Positions 39,779 to 49,177 of a stretch of DNA of 64,000 bases are shown here, one piece after another (position 1 is the stretch's first letter; every line of letters begins with the position of its first letter). This stretch comes from Bdellovibrionales bacterium (GTDB lineage: Bacteria > Bdellovibrionota > Bdellovibrionia > Bdellovibrionales > JAUICD01). The translations under genes were made by a program, and so were the position numbers. Where the stretch lies: NCBI GenBank assembly GCA_965197425.1, contig CBDANC010000015.1:352001-416000 (forward strand), in the 5' to 3' direction. Below the pieces are notes generated by a model, which worked only from the letters and a program-made list of their open reading frames with translations, was not told the origin of the DNA and did no database searches.

Positions 39779-39953
39779 ATTGCCTCCTTTTTTTAAAAAA
39801 TATTTCCTCCCAGCTAAAAACTATGGAGCAAAAAAATAATCCGGCAGTCAGGCAAACAGGCAAACAGGCACACCGGCAATCCGGGATCTGGTGATTGATT
39901 AAATTTTCTAAAAAAATTTCCTCCCATCAAAGATGGTAAGGAGGAAATTTTTT

Positions 39954-40247
39954 ATGAGAAAATTTAGAACTTATCAGTTAGCGGTTCAATTCTATAATAA
40001 TTCTAAGAATTTATATTTAAAAGAACCGCTAAAGAATCAATTTCAGAGAGCTACCTTAAGCATTGTGCTCAATTTAGCAGAAGGAAGTGCCAAACCTACA
40101 ACCAAAGACAGAAGAAAATTCTACAGAACCAGCCTAGGCTCACTTAGAGAAACACAAGCTATACTGGATCTCATAGATCATAAAAAGCTACTAAATGAAG
40201 CAAATAAACTAGGAGGATATCTTTACAAACTGTGTAAGAATACATAA
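39954..40247 (+). CDS. Four-helix-bundle protein (IVP/Avd-like), copy C
   Basis: 97 aa from ATG 39954 after GGAGG; ends LCKNT. Confidence 0.85.
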   Translation: MRKFRTYQLAVQFYNNSKNLYLKEPLKNQFQRATLSIVLNLAEGSAKPTTKDRRKFYRTSLGSLRETQAILDLIDHKKLLNEANKLGGYLYKLCKNT

Positions 40248-40303
40248 ATCGGGCAGTCGGGCAATCAGGTTTCCCTGCGGGGCTTTTTTGAAGTTAGCAG
40301 CTT

Positions 40304-40426
40304 CACCGCTTTATAACGAAAATTTTAACATGCTCATGGCAATACCTTTAGCCTCGGAGACGCTTCGCTTGGACTCCTCATTAAAGATATTGCCACTTGC
40401 CTGTGTTTTTATGTTTATAGACGGTG
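40304..40426. repeat. Fold-back (MITE/REP-like) segment
   Basis: GGCAATACCTTTA/TAAAGATATTGCC inner and CACCG/CGGTG outer inverted repeats; single copy in window. Confidence 0.5.
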
Positions 40427-40431
40427 TAATT

Positions 40432-40535
40432 GATGGGAGAGGGTGGAGAAATTTTTTTGAAAAAATTAAATCAGTTGCCTGATTACCGATATCAGTTCCC
40501 AGATAACAGATACCAGATAACTGATATCAGATATC
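40432..40535 (-). repeat. Gene-less (solo) cassette leader nearly identical to copy B leader
   Basis: AAATTTTTTTGAAAAAATTAAATCAGTTGCCTG.TTACCGATATCAGTTCCCAGATAACAGAT shared with ~4939-5001. Confidence 0.8.
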
Positions 40536-40606
40536 GGGTAGTATACTCTCCCTTGGTTTAGTTTATTTTATAAAAGTTATGGTCTTTGGGTGTTTGATTT
40601 ATAATT

Positions 40607-42982
40607 TTGAAGATGCCAAGGTTCATCCTTTTATTAGTGTTATCTATCTCTTTTTCATATGTCAAAGTAGAGGCTTATCATCCAGGTGGTATATCCATGG
40701 GGAATATGGGTTGTCCCGTGTCCCAGAAAAAAAAGAGTAGGCTGGAGCATTTACAAGATGAGTTAGACGAGCTGGAAGAAGATTTAGATCATATGGAAGG
40801 CCGTTGTGAAGATCAAGAAGGTGACATAGAGGATTTATTAAGTCAGGTGATAGATGATATTAAGGAAGAAAATGATGATGCTAGCTCTAGTGATAAGATA
40901 GGCGACAATCAAATTAGACAAATAGAAAGACTGTTAGAAGACTATGTATTGAAAAATGGAGATGAAAATGTCAATGTTATAGGATGTGCTGACGGCACAG
41001 GAGGGGTGAGTTTTAGACCTCCTAGTGGTTACGATTTATTAGCAAAACAATTTTCTAGTAGCTATGTTTTAAGAATGTTGCAAGTAGCATTGGGCCCGCA
41101 GGCCTTTGCAATCGAATGTCCTGAAGGCAGAGATTGTTACGAACGAGAATGTTCAGGAGCTGTGTGCAATGAATTATATGCAAGAACTGGTAATTGTTGT
41201 GCCCATCAATCGTACGCAAATAGGTGCGCCAGCGTTTGTGGTGGTGGACCTACTCCTCCTCAACCCCCAGTTGTAACTGATCCAACCGCAGAGGACAGTT
41301 GTAGGCTTCTCATTGATTCGGGTGCTAACTGCGAAAGTTTAAAAGCAGGTGGTTGTTGTGGAACTACTGCTCTTGGAAGTCGTTGTTCGACTCAATGTTC
41401 AGGTTTGACGCCAGTAGGATCAGAATGTGATTTATTGTTTAGAGGATTTGTCTCACCTACTTGTCCACAAATTAAAGCAAAAAACTGTTGTAGTGACTCC
41501 AGGACCCCTAGCGAGTGTAAACAGCAGGGTCAACCCTGTGGTAATCCAGCACCTACACCTACACCAGTTGTACAACCCAGTCGATGTGAACAAGAACATG
41601 TGTGTGAGCAAATAGAGAATCAGGTGGAAAGCTTAGGCCGTGATCTTTTTGATGCTGATGATGACTGTGACGAATTAAGAGAAGAAGTACAAGAGTGTAG
41701 AAGTGATATGGAAAGATTAAGAGGAGAAATAAGAGAACTAAAAAGGTTAGTAAGGCGGGGAGAAAGAAGAGAGAGAAGATCTAGTAGAGACAGAGAAAAT
41801 AGCGGCAGGGATGGTGGAACCTGGTGTGTCGATTGCTCCACTGGTTTTAACAAAACCAGCTTTTTCACAAAACTTGGTGCGTCTATGATAATGGATGGCC
41901 TTGGTATGTACCTAACCAAAGAAGCTCACGATAATGCAGGAGAAGCAGCTGAAGCTATTGGTCATACATACAAACCTCCCCCTACACTTGGTTATGGTTT
42001 TGGAATGACAGCCGGAGCACTATACGGCGGTATGTGGGGCGGCCGCGGAAGAGGTGGCTGGGGCTGTGCAGGTGGAATGTACCCAGGTGGTCCGTTTGGA
42101 CGAATGGGTGGCGGACACGGTGGTATCTACGGACCTGCAGGTGGAATGTTCGGCTTTCCAGGAGGCGGTGGATATCCAACGGGCTTCCCTGGTGGAGGAG
42201 CCTTACTTCCAGGAGCATTTCTTCCTGGTATGGGCAGAGGAGGAATGGGAATAGGAATAGGTGGAATGGGTGGCCTCGGTATGGGCGGTCCATTTGGTGG
42301 AATGGGCGGTGGTCCATTCGGCGGAATGGGTTACCCTGGCTATATGACAGGTCCAGGATTTGGTATGGGCGGCAGGGGTAGTATAGGAATGGGTGCTGGT
42401 ATGGGCGGTCCATTTGGTGGAATGGGCGGTGGTCCATTCGGCGGAATGGGTGGAATCGGAATAGGTGCTGGCATGGGCGGTCCATTTGGTGGAATGGGCG
42501 GTGGTCCATTCGGCGGAATGGGCGGAATGGGCGGAATGGGTGGAATCGGAATAGGTGCTGGTATGGGTGGTCCATTTGGTGGAATGGGCGGAGTAGGAAT
42601 AGGCGGTGGTCCATTTGGTGGTGGTGCATTCGGTGGTATGGGTGGTCCATTTGGTGCTGGAGGAGCTGGTGGTGCGTATATAGCAGCTCAGCAAGCTCAA
42701 GCGCAGGCCAGACTTGAATATCAACAACGCATAATGCAAGCTTACCAACAACAGATGCAGGCGCAGGTCGCAAAGCAACGATCTGTGATGGCACTACAAC
42801 AAGAAATTGGTACTCTATATCAGCGTATGTACAACGTTCAGTATGGTGGTAATATGTACGGGGGAACTGGTTTTGTAGGAGCTGCTACTATAGGAGTAGG
42901 TGGTGTAGTTGGTGGTGGAGCGTCAGTAGGCAGAGGCCCAATACGAGGAAACAGAGGTACTCCTAGACCTAGCGGAAGATAA
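40607..42982 (+). CDS. Secreted Cys-rich / coiled-coil / Gly-Met-rich low-complexity protein
   Basis: Signal peptide, Cys-rich modules, GGPFGGMG repeats, Gln/Ala-rich helix. Confidence 0.75.
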   Translation: MKMPRFILLLVLSISFSYVKVEAYHPGGISMGNMGCPVSQKKKSRLEHLQDELDELEEDLDHMEGRCEDQEGDIEDLLSQVIDDIKEENDDASSSDKIGDNQIRQIERLLEDYVLKNGDENVNVIGCADGTGGVSFRPPSGYDLLAKQFSSSYVLRMLQVALGPQAFAIECPEGRDCYERECSGAVCNELYARTGNCCAHQSYANRCASVCGGGPTPPQPPVVTDPTAEDSCRLLIDSGANCESLKAGGCCGTTALGSRCSTQCSGLTPVGSECDLLFRGFVSPTCPQIKAKNCCSDSRTPSECKQQGQPCGNPAPTPTPVVQPSRCEQEHVCEQIENQVESLGRDLFDADDDCDELREEVQECRSDMERLRGEIRELKRLVRRGERRERRSSRDRENSGRDGGTWCVDCSTGFNKTSFFTKLGASMIMDGLGMYLTKEAHDNAGEAAEAIGHTYKPPPTLGYGFGMTAGALYGGMWGGRGRGGWGCAGGMYPGGPFGRMGGGHGGIYGPAGGMFGFPGGGGYPTGFPGGGALLPGAFLPGMGRGGMGIGIGGMGGLGMGGPFGGMGGGPFGGMGYPGYMTGPGFGMGGRGSIGMGAGMGGPFGGMGGGPFGGMGGIGIGAGMGGPFGGMGGGPFGGMGGMGGMGGIGIGAGMGGPFGGMGGVGIGGGPFGGGAFGGMGGPFGAGGAGGAYIAAQQAQAQARLEYQQRIMQAYQQQMQAQVAKQRSVMALQQEIGTLYQRMYNVQYGGNMYGGTGFVGAATIGVGGVVGGGASVGRGPIRGNRGTPRPSGR

Positions 42983-43020
42983 CGGCAGAGTTTCAAATTA
43001 ATTGCCGATTGGTTTATAAA

Positions 43021-43323
43021 ATGTCTGATTCTAAAAATGGTGTGGAGCTTGAAGTTGTATTAGATGGTGAGTCCCACAAAATTACCTTAAATGAAGGTGA
43101 AACAGTTTTAGAAGCTTCACTCAGAGTTGGGCTTGATGCACCTTATTCTTGTATGTCTGGAGTTTGCACAACTTGTCAGGTAACCGTTCAGTCAGGTGAT
43201 CTGGAAATGGAAAATAACGATGCACTTTCTGATGAAGAAGTGGCTCAAGGTAACTACCTTGCCTGCCAAGCTACACATAAATCCAACAAACCCATCAAGG
43301 TGAAGTATATAAATGAGTGGTAG
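43021..43323 (+). CDS. 2Fe-2S ferredoxin
   Basis: PYSCMSGVCTTC...LACQ. Confidence 0.9.
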   Translation: MSDSKNGVELEVVLDGESHKITLNEGETVLEASLRVGLDAPYSCMSGVCTTCQVTVQSGDLEMENNDALSDEEVAQGNYLACQATHKSNKPIKVKYINEW

Positions 43324-43384
43324 TTGTTTTATTTTCTAAGGTTGGTTGGCTTCATACTTCTTTGACTAGTATAATATTATCAAT

Positions 43385-44143
43385 ATGCTCAGCAGATATT
43401 ACGAAATTATAGTGGTGCTTTTTTCAAAAGAGCTCAAGGTTAGCTACAAGCACAATATATTAGGATACCTTTGGTCTATTGCTAACCCTCTGGCCCATGC
43501 AATATTATTCTACTTTGTATTTGAGCTGGTTGCCAAAATACAAATGGAAAACTTTGCACTGTTTTTAGTAACAGGTCTATTCCCATGGCAGTCTATTAGT
43601 AATTCAATTGTCTCCGCACCTGGACTACTTGTTGGTAACAGAGAGTTAATAAAAAAAGTAGCCTTTCCAAGTGTTCTGATAAATATCTCATCAGTTCTTC
43701 AAATCATGTTTCACTATATCTTATCTCTGCCCATTATTTTTGTATTTGTTTTGTTGTTTAACCAACAACTGTCTTTCTGGTATATATTGGGGATACCTAT
43801 ACTGTGTGTTTTGCACTTTTTGTTGTGTTTATCTATCAATGTTATCTGTTCGTCCTTGAATGTATTTTTTAGAGATTTAGAAAGACTTGCGCAGGTAGCG
43901 GTGCTTTTTTTATTCTATTTCACTCCTGTTGTGTATAGCATGGATATGGTACCGGATAAATATGTGTATTTGATCAACCTAAACCCAATAAGCCCAATTA
44001 TAACTAGCTGGAGAAAACTTTTTTTAGAACACGATATAAACAATCAGTATCTATACTTTTCTATTTTTTGGGTTTTAATTTTGTGTTCTTTTGCATATTT
44101 CATCTATAAAAAACTATCATGGAGATTTGCGGAGTCACTATGA
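43385..44143 (+). CDS. wzm: Polysaccharide ABC exporter permease (Wzm-like)
   Basis: LGYLWSIANPL, IKKVAFP, FRDL, TPVVY, LNP. Confidence 0.88.
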   Translation: MLSRYYEIIVVLFSKELKVSYKHNILGYLWSIANPLAHAILFYFVFELVAKIQMENFALFLVTGLFPWQSISNSIVSAPGLLVGNRELIKKVAFPSVLINISSVLQIMFHYILSLPIIFVFVLLFNQQLSFWYILGIPILCVLHFLLCLSINVICSSLNVFFRDLERLAQVAVLFLFYFTPVVYSMDMVPDKYVYLINLNPISPIITSWRKLFLEHDINNQYLYFSIFWVLILCSFAYFIYKKLSWRFAESL

Positions 44144-44886
44144 AAGATGCTATCAGTTTTTCCAATGTGTATAAGTCTTATCCTCTATATGTCCATCTAA
44201 CTGGTGGTATTAAGAGTGTATTATTCAATTTTTATAGATCACTTAAAATGTTTAGAGGTACCTCCTATAAGGTTTTGAACGGAATATCTTTTAATATAAA
44301 AAAAGGTGAGTGTGTTGGAATTGTAGGTGGTAATGGTGTGGGAAAAAGTACAATGCTTGGGCTTATCGCTAGAGTGTTAAGGCAAGATTCTGGTGTAATA
44401 GAAATAGATGGCAGAGTGACTCCCTTGCTGGAGTTAGGATCTGGTTTTCACCCTGACCTCACTGGTATTGAAAATATAAAACTAAACGGAGTATTGATAG
44501 GACATAGTAGAAAAAAAATACAACAACATCTAGAACAAATCATAGAGTTTTCCGAAATAGGTGATTATATAGACCAGCCAGTAAGAATGTATTCCTCTGG
44601 TATGATTGCCAGACTTGGGTTTTCCATAGCATCTTTTCTTGATCCACAGATTTTACTCGTAGATGAGACCATGACAGTAGGTGATATTGGTTTTCAAAAA
44701 AAATGTTATGACAAACTAGAAGAATTTAAACAAAAAGGTGTTACCGTTGTGGTAGTTTCACACTTAATAGAGGACATCACAAAAGTATGCAATAGAGCTA
44801 TATGGCTAACAAATAAGGGCATAGCTATGGATGGTGAGGTTTCCCAAGTTATCTTGGAATATAAAAAACATTTTAAACATGAATAA
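44140..44886 (+). CDS. wzt: Polysaccharide ABC exporter ATPase (Wzt-like)
   Basis: GGNGVGKST, GFHPDLTG.EN, YSSGM, LLVDE. Confidence 0.9.
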   Translation: MKDAISFSNVYKSYPLYVHLTGGIKSVLFNFYRSLKMFRGTSYKVLNGISFNIKKGECVGIVGGNGVGKSTMLGLIARVLRQDSGVIEIDGRVTPLLELGSGFHPDLTGIENIKLNGVLIGHSRKKIQQHLEQIIEFSEIGDYIDQPVRMYSSGMIARLGFSIASFLDPQILLVDETMTVGDIGFQKKCYDKLEEFKQKGVTVVVVSHLIEDITKVCNRAIWLTNKGIAMDGEVSQVILEYKKHFKHE

Positions 44887-45799
44887 AATAGTTGTTAAAG
44901 ACTCAGATAAAGTTATAGAAATTCCTCAGCATGATATAAATCAAAAAGACATTGAACAAAAAACAGCCTTTTTTAGAGAACAAACTAAAACAAATAATAC
45001 CACAGAACTTATTCCATACATTGACCTAACCAACCTAAATGAAACTGATACAAAAGATGATATTAAAAAACTTGTAAATAAGGCTTTGTCTTTAAAACAT
45101 AAAAATTTACCATCTGTAGCAAGCATTTGTATCTATCCTTCCATGCTAAAGTTTGCAAAAGAAAGACTGGATGGAAACTCCACTTGTAGTGAAAACTCCG
45201 CTCGTAGTGGATACTCCACTGGTAGAAGTAGCAAAATCAATGTGGAAACTCCACTGGTAATTGCTACAGTTACGGGTGGTTTTCCCTCCGGAAAACTTAA
45301 CTTAGAATCAAAGTTGATAGAAACTAAAGAAGCAATCCAAATGGGGGCAGATGAAATTGACTTTACTATTTGTAGAGACTACTGTAAGCCTTCCGAAGCC
45401 CAAAAATTATTTGATGAAATTTACAATATAAAAAAACTAGTGGGAAGAAGACCTCTAAAGGTAATTTTGGAGACAGAAGAGCTACATAGCTATGACAAAA
45501 TAAAATTGGCATCCAACATAGCACTCTATGCAGGTGCTGACTTTATCAAAACCTCAACAGGAAAAATTAAAGGTCCACTTGATCACAAAATAGCCTCTTT
45601 TCTAGTTATTATGGATAGCATCCTAGATTTCTACAACCAAACAAAAAAGCAAGTTGGTATAAAGGTATCCGGAGGTATTAGTGGGGTGGATACAGCCATG
45701 CTCTTTTTTAATATGGTACAAACACAAATGGGGGAAAAATGGGTAAGCCCCAAATTTTTTAGAATAGGCTCAAGTAAACTTATGGATAATATTGTTTAG
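44879..45799 (+). CDS. deoC: Deoxyribose-phosphate aldolase with repeat-derived insertion
   Basis: IDLTNL, GADEID, LKVILET, GADFIKTSTGK, KVSGGI, RIGSS. Confidence 0.92.
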   Translation: MNKIVVKDSDKVIEIPQHDINQKDIEQKTAFFREQTKTNNTTELIPYIDLTNLNETDTKDDIKKLVNKALSLKHKNLPSVASICIYPSMLKFAKERLDGNSTCSENSARSGYSTGRSSKINVETPLVIATVTGGFPSGKLNLESKLIETKEAIQMGADEIDFTICRDYCKPSEAQKLFDEIYNIKKLVGRRPLKVILETEELHSYDKIKLASNIALYAGADFIKTSTGKIKGPLDHKIASFLVIMDSILDFYNQTKKQVGIKVSGGISGVDTAMLFFNMVQTQMGEKWVSPKFFRIGSSKLMDNIV

Positions 45800-46368
45800 A
45801 TCGGGCAATCGGGCAATCGGGCAATCAGTCAATCAGGCAATCGGGCAATCGGGCAATCGGGCAATCAGTCAATCAGTCAATCAGGCAATCGGGCAATCGG
45901 GCAATCGGGCAATCAGGCAAACTGGCTATGGTCTCCTTTTTTTAAAAATATTTCCTCCCAGATAAAAACCATGGAGCAAATATTTTTTTCAAAAAAAGGA
46001 GACTATATACATTATGAAAAATTTTAAAACATATCAATTAGCTGTTCAGTTCTACAATAATTCTAAAGGGATATACCTAAAAGAACCACTCAAAAATCAA
46101 TTCCAAAGAGCTATATTAAGCATAGTATTAAATTTGGTTGAAGGTAGTGCAAAGTTCAGTAACAAAGAAAGACGAAAATACTACAGAACCAGTTTAGGCT
46201 CACTTAGAGAAACACAAGCTATACTAGATCTCATAGATCATAAAAAGCTAACAGAAGAAGCAAGTAGGTTAGGAGGGTATCTTTACAAACTTTGCAAGAA
46301 TACATAATCGAGGAACCAGGCAACGGATCACAGATTCCAGATAACGGATCCCCGATCTAGTCGGGCAA
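45800..46368 (+). mobile_element. Four-helix-bundle cassette copy D
   Basis: 15 octamers (ATCGGGCA/ATCAGTCA/ATCAGGCA) 45800-45919 starting right after deoC TAG; GTCTCCTTTT/AAAAGGAGAC hairpin; gene. Confidence 0.65.
46014..46307 (+). CDS. Four-helix-bundle protein (IVP/Avd-like), copy D
   Basis: 97 aa, ends LCKNT. Confidence 0.85.
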   Translation: MKNFKTYQLAVQFYNNSKGIYLKEPLKNQFQRAILSIVLNLVEGSAKFSNKERRKYYRTSLGSLRETQAILDLIDHKKLTEEASRLGGYLYKLCKNT

Positions 46369-46833
46369 TTATGAGCGTCCAGATCGGATCTTAGATTGCA
46401 TTCGAGCCATGAGACTTACAGCCATTCTTTCATGAGCCTCACACATTCTAAGCTCATCTTTTCTATAACTTTTTTGACTTGGTGTTAGAGCACCCATTTC
46501 TATTTCCATTTCATAATCCAGCTTGTTGGACCTGATGCTTTCCAACTCCTTTGATTGCTGCTTAAACAACTTCACAAGACCACTATTAGGAGCAATCTCA
46601 AGCCACTCCTGCTTGCTCTTATACCAGCTAACCATTCTTAGAAATCTTGCCTTGTTCTTGGCCAGAGTAAATTTAGGATAATCAGACTCATCTAGATGTA
46701 GTATGTTATCCTGTCTCCACCTCTCCTTGTTCTTATCATCACTCCAAGGATTCTGTTTGTCCCAAGGCTTTACCTTCTTTGACAGAGAATCCGTTACAGA
46801 AGGATCCCCTCTATCCGTTTCGATATTATCCAC
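46369..46833 (-). CDS. Hypothetical protein
   Basis: 154-aa ORF with purine-rich SD-like upstream. Confidence 0.6.
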   Translation of the reverse strand: MDNIETDRGDPSVTDSLSKKVKPWDKQNPWSDDKNKERWRQDNILHLDESDYPKFTLAKNKARFLRMVSWYKSKQEWLEIAPNSGLVKLFKQQSKELESIRSNKLDYEMEIEMGALTPSQKSYRKDELRMCEAHERMAVSLMARMQSKIRSGRS

Positions 46834-47032
46834 GCTCTCTCTCCCTTTTAAACACTACGGCTAACCTAAAACAAGGCCTGCCAAAGGGCCATAAAACATT
46901 ATTCTCCTACCAAAAAGCAAGGTAACACTACCATAATGCCATTAACATATCAATCAACTGACAGTGAATAATTTACATTTGTTGGTCATTTATTAGGTAT
47001 ATAAAAATTACTATATATTTATTCTTTGCATT

Positions 47033-48688
47033 TTGTTACGAAGCACCATGGTTTTGAAATTATCTGGTGTTTTGGTTTTTATTTTTGTTGGTGTGGCCAG
47101 TTATATTTATGGCCAGAGTGGTTCTGATGTAGTGGGTAATTGGTATAGTGTGTTGCCCCCTGTATTTGCGGTTACTGTAGCTCTTATTACCAACAATGTT
47201 TTTATAAGTTTAATTGGTGCGGTTCTTCTTGGTGCTTTTTTAATCAAGATGCCTTCTGGTGAATTTCTTACGGGTGTACTTGATTCACTCTACAAGTTTT
47301 TTAGTATTCCTATTCTGGAGTTAACAGATACTTTTAATCTTCAGGTCATTGGTTTTGTTGTATGTGTTTTGGCTTTGATCTCTGTTGTTATAGTTTCTGG
47401 TGGTTTAAAGGCTGTGATTCGGTACATATCGGTTTATGCGAATGGCAGAAAGTCTACTAATTTTGTAACCTTTGTTTTGGGAATTTTGATGTTCATAGAT
47501 GATTATGCCAATACTATGTTGGTTGGCTCTTCTATGAGAGGAGTCTATGATGCAAATAAAATTTCGAGGGAAAAGCTGGCATTCATAGTTGATTCAACAG
47601 CAGCTCCCATTGCTGGGCTTGTTTTTATAAGTACTTGGGTTGGGTATGAAGTTGGTCTTTTGGGTCAGGTAGCGGGTGATTTAACCCTAGGGGTAGGGGG
47701 TTTTTCTATGTTTTTTGATGCAGTAATTTTTAGATTTTACTGCATATTTACATTGGTGTTTGTGTTGGTGAACATATTTTTGGATAAAGATTTTGGACCA
47801 ATGGCCTCTGCTGAGGCCAGTACCACACAGGTTCCTGTTAGTAAAGAAATTCAATCAGACAAAAATGCTGTGCCTAGTGTTATGGTTGCGCTAGTGCCAA
47901 TGGTGTTTTTGGTTTTGTATGTATTTATGGGTCTGTGGATAGATGGTGGAGGAGGTAAGGTTATAAGTGAAAAGTCCGTTTTATCTCTTCTTAGTTTTTC
48001 TGATTGGAAAGATGTAGTATCCGCTTCAGAAAATAATATATTGATACTTTTTCATGCCTCTCTATACGGGCTTATTTTGGCTATGATTTTGGGAATATCT
48101 ATCTCAAAGGTTCATGTAAGAAATATCTTTAAGGGCGCACTACGTGGTGTTAAAAAGAGTATGCTTCCTATTTCTATCCTAGTGCTGGCATGGTCTATTA
48201 AAACAGTTTGTAAAGAACTTGAGACAGGACCGTTTTTGGTATCAATCTTGGCAGACTCTATATCTCCAGTTTGGTTTCCTATAATACTTTTTGTTATCGC
48301 CGGATTAACAGCATTTACTACCGGTACTTCTTGGGGAACCATGGCTATTCTCATTCCATTTGCAATTCCATTGGCAAGTGCATTGGACGGAGGAGCTTAC
48401 GGGCTGGTTACCATACTTTCCGTGGCTACTATTTTAGACGGTGCAATTTTTGGGGATCACTGCTCTCCGATTTCAGACACAACAATTATGAGTTCGATAT
48501 CAAGTGGATGTGATCATATGTCACATGTAAAAACCCAAGCACCTTACTCAGTGGTTATAGCATCTGTAGCTTTGATTGGTTATTACTTATCTAGTATGGT
48601 CCATTTTGTAATAACATTTGCTTTAGGCATTGCTTTAATATTTCTGTTACATAAATATCTATGTAAGCTCTGGAACAAAAATAGTTGA
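47033..48688 (+). CDS. NhaC-family Na+/H+ antiporter-like transporter
   Basis: FIDDYAN, SREKLAFIVDSTAAP, TGTSWGT, GDHCSPISDTT. Confidence 0.9.
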   Translation: MLRSTMVLKLSGVLVFIFVGVASYIYGQSGSDVVGNWYSVLPPVFAVTVALITNNVFISLIGAVLLGAFLIKMPSGEFLTGVLDSLYKFFSIPILELTDTFNLQVIGFVVCVLALISVVIVSGGLKAVIRYISVYANGRKSTNFVTFVLGILMFIDDYANTMLVGSSMRGVYDANKISREKLAFIVDSTAAPIAGLVFISTWVGYEVGLLGQVAGDLTLGVGGFSMFFDAVIFRFYCIFTLVFVLVNIFLDKDFGPMASAEASTTQVPVSKEIQSDKNAVPSVMVALVPMVFLVLYVFMGLWIDGGGGKVISEKSVLSLLSFSDWKDVVSASENNILILFHASLYGLILAMILGISISKVHVRNIFKGALRGVKKSMLPISILVLAWSIKTVCKELETGPFLVSILADSISPVWFPIILFVIAGLTAFTTGTSWGTMAILIPFAIPLASALDGGAYGLVTILSVATILDGAIFGDHCSPISDTTIMSSISSGCDHMSHVKTQAPYSVVIASVALIGYYLSSMVHFVITFALGIALIFLLHKYLCKLWNKNS

Positions 48689-49177
48689 TCGGACAACCAA
48701 GTAGCAGTCAATCGGGTGTCTGATTAGATCTGTGATCTGGCACTCAGGGATCTGATATCTGCATCCGGGATCTGGCATCAAGCATCCGTAATATTCTTAA
48801 TTTTTCCAAAAAAATTTCCTCCCATCAAATGATGGTAAGGAGGAAATTTTCTATGAAAAAATTAAAAACATACCAACTAGCTAAAAAGTTTTATCAAAAC
48901 TCAAAAAAACTCTGCTTAAAAGAACCACTAAAAAATCAGTTCCAAAGAGCTACCTTAAGCATTGTACTAAATATCGCAGAGGGGAGTGCCAAACCAACAA
49001 TAAAAGAAAGAAAAAGATTCTATGTAATAAGCCTAGGATCGCTTAGAGAAGTACAAGCCATACTAGATCTGATAGAACACAAAAACCTAATGGAAGAAGC
49101 AAATATACTCGGAGGATTTTTATACCAATTATGGAAAAATACATGATCCCAGGATGCCAGATCCCAGATCTGGTATT
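48689..49177 (+). mobile_element. Four-helix-bundle cassette copy E (heptamer-type leader)
   Basis: Starts at nhaC stop; GATCTG-type repeats; AAAATTTCCTCC/GGAGGAAATTTT hairpin; gene. Confidence 0.65.
48853..49146 (+). CDS. Four-helix-bundle protein (IVP/Avd-like), copy E
   Basis: 97 aa from ATG 48853; ends LWKNT. Confidence 0.85.
   Translation: MKKLKTYQLAKKFYQNSKKLCLKEPLKNQFQRATLSIVLNIAEGSAKPTIKERKRFYVISLGSLREVQAILDLIEHKNLMEEANILGGFLYQLWKNT

Larger units (their letters stand above)
39515..40268 (+). mobile_element. Four-helix-bundle cassette copy C (two stacked leaders)
   Basis: Array, truncated A/D-type hairpin (~39779-39840), more octamers, B/E-type hairpin (~39910-39953), gene, octamers. 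Confidence 0.65.

Noticed and set aside
41982..42794. Antisense and alternate-frame ORFs over the Gly-rich gene
   Set aside because: Shadows of a GC-rich low-complexity repeat
894..49146. Classical DGR suggested by Avd-like genes
   Set aside because: No RT in the window and no TR/VR pair seen; the pnp/S1 differences checked are not adenine-specific
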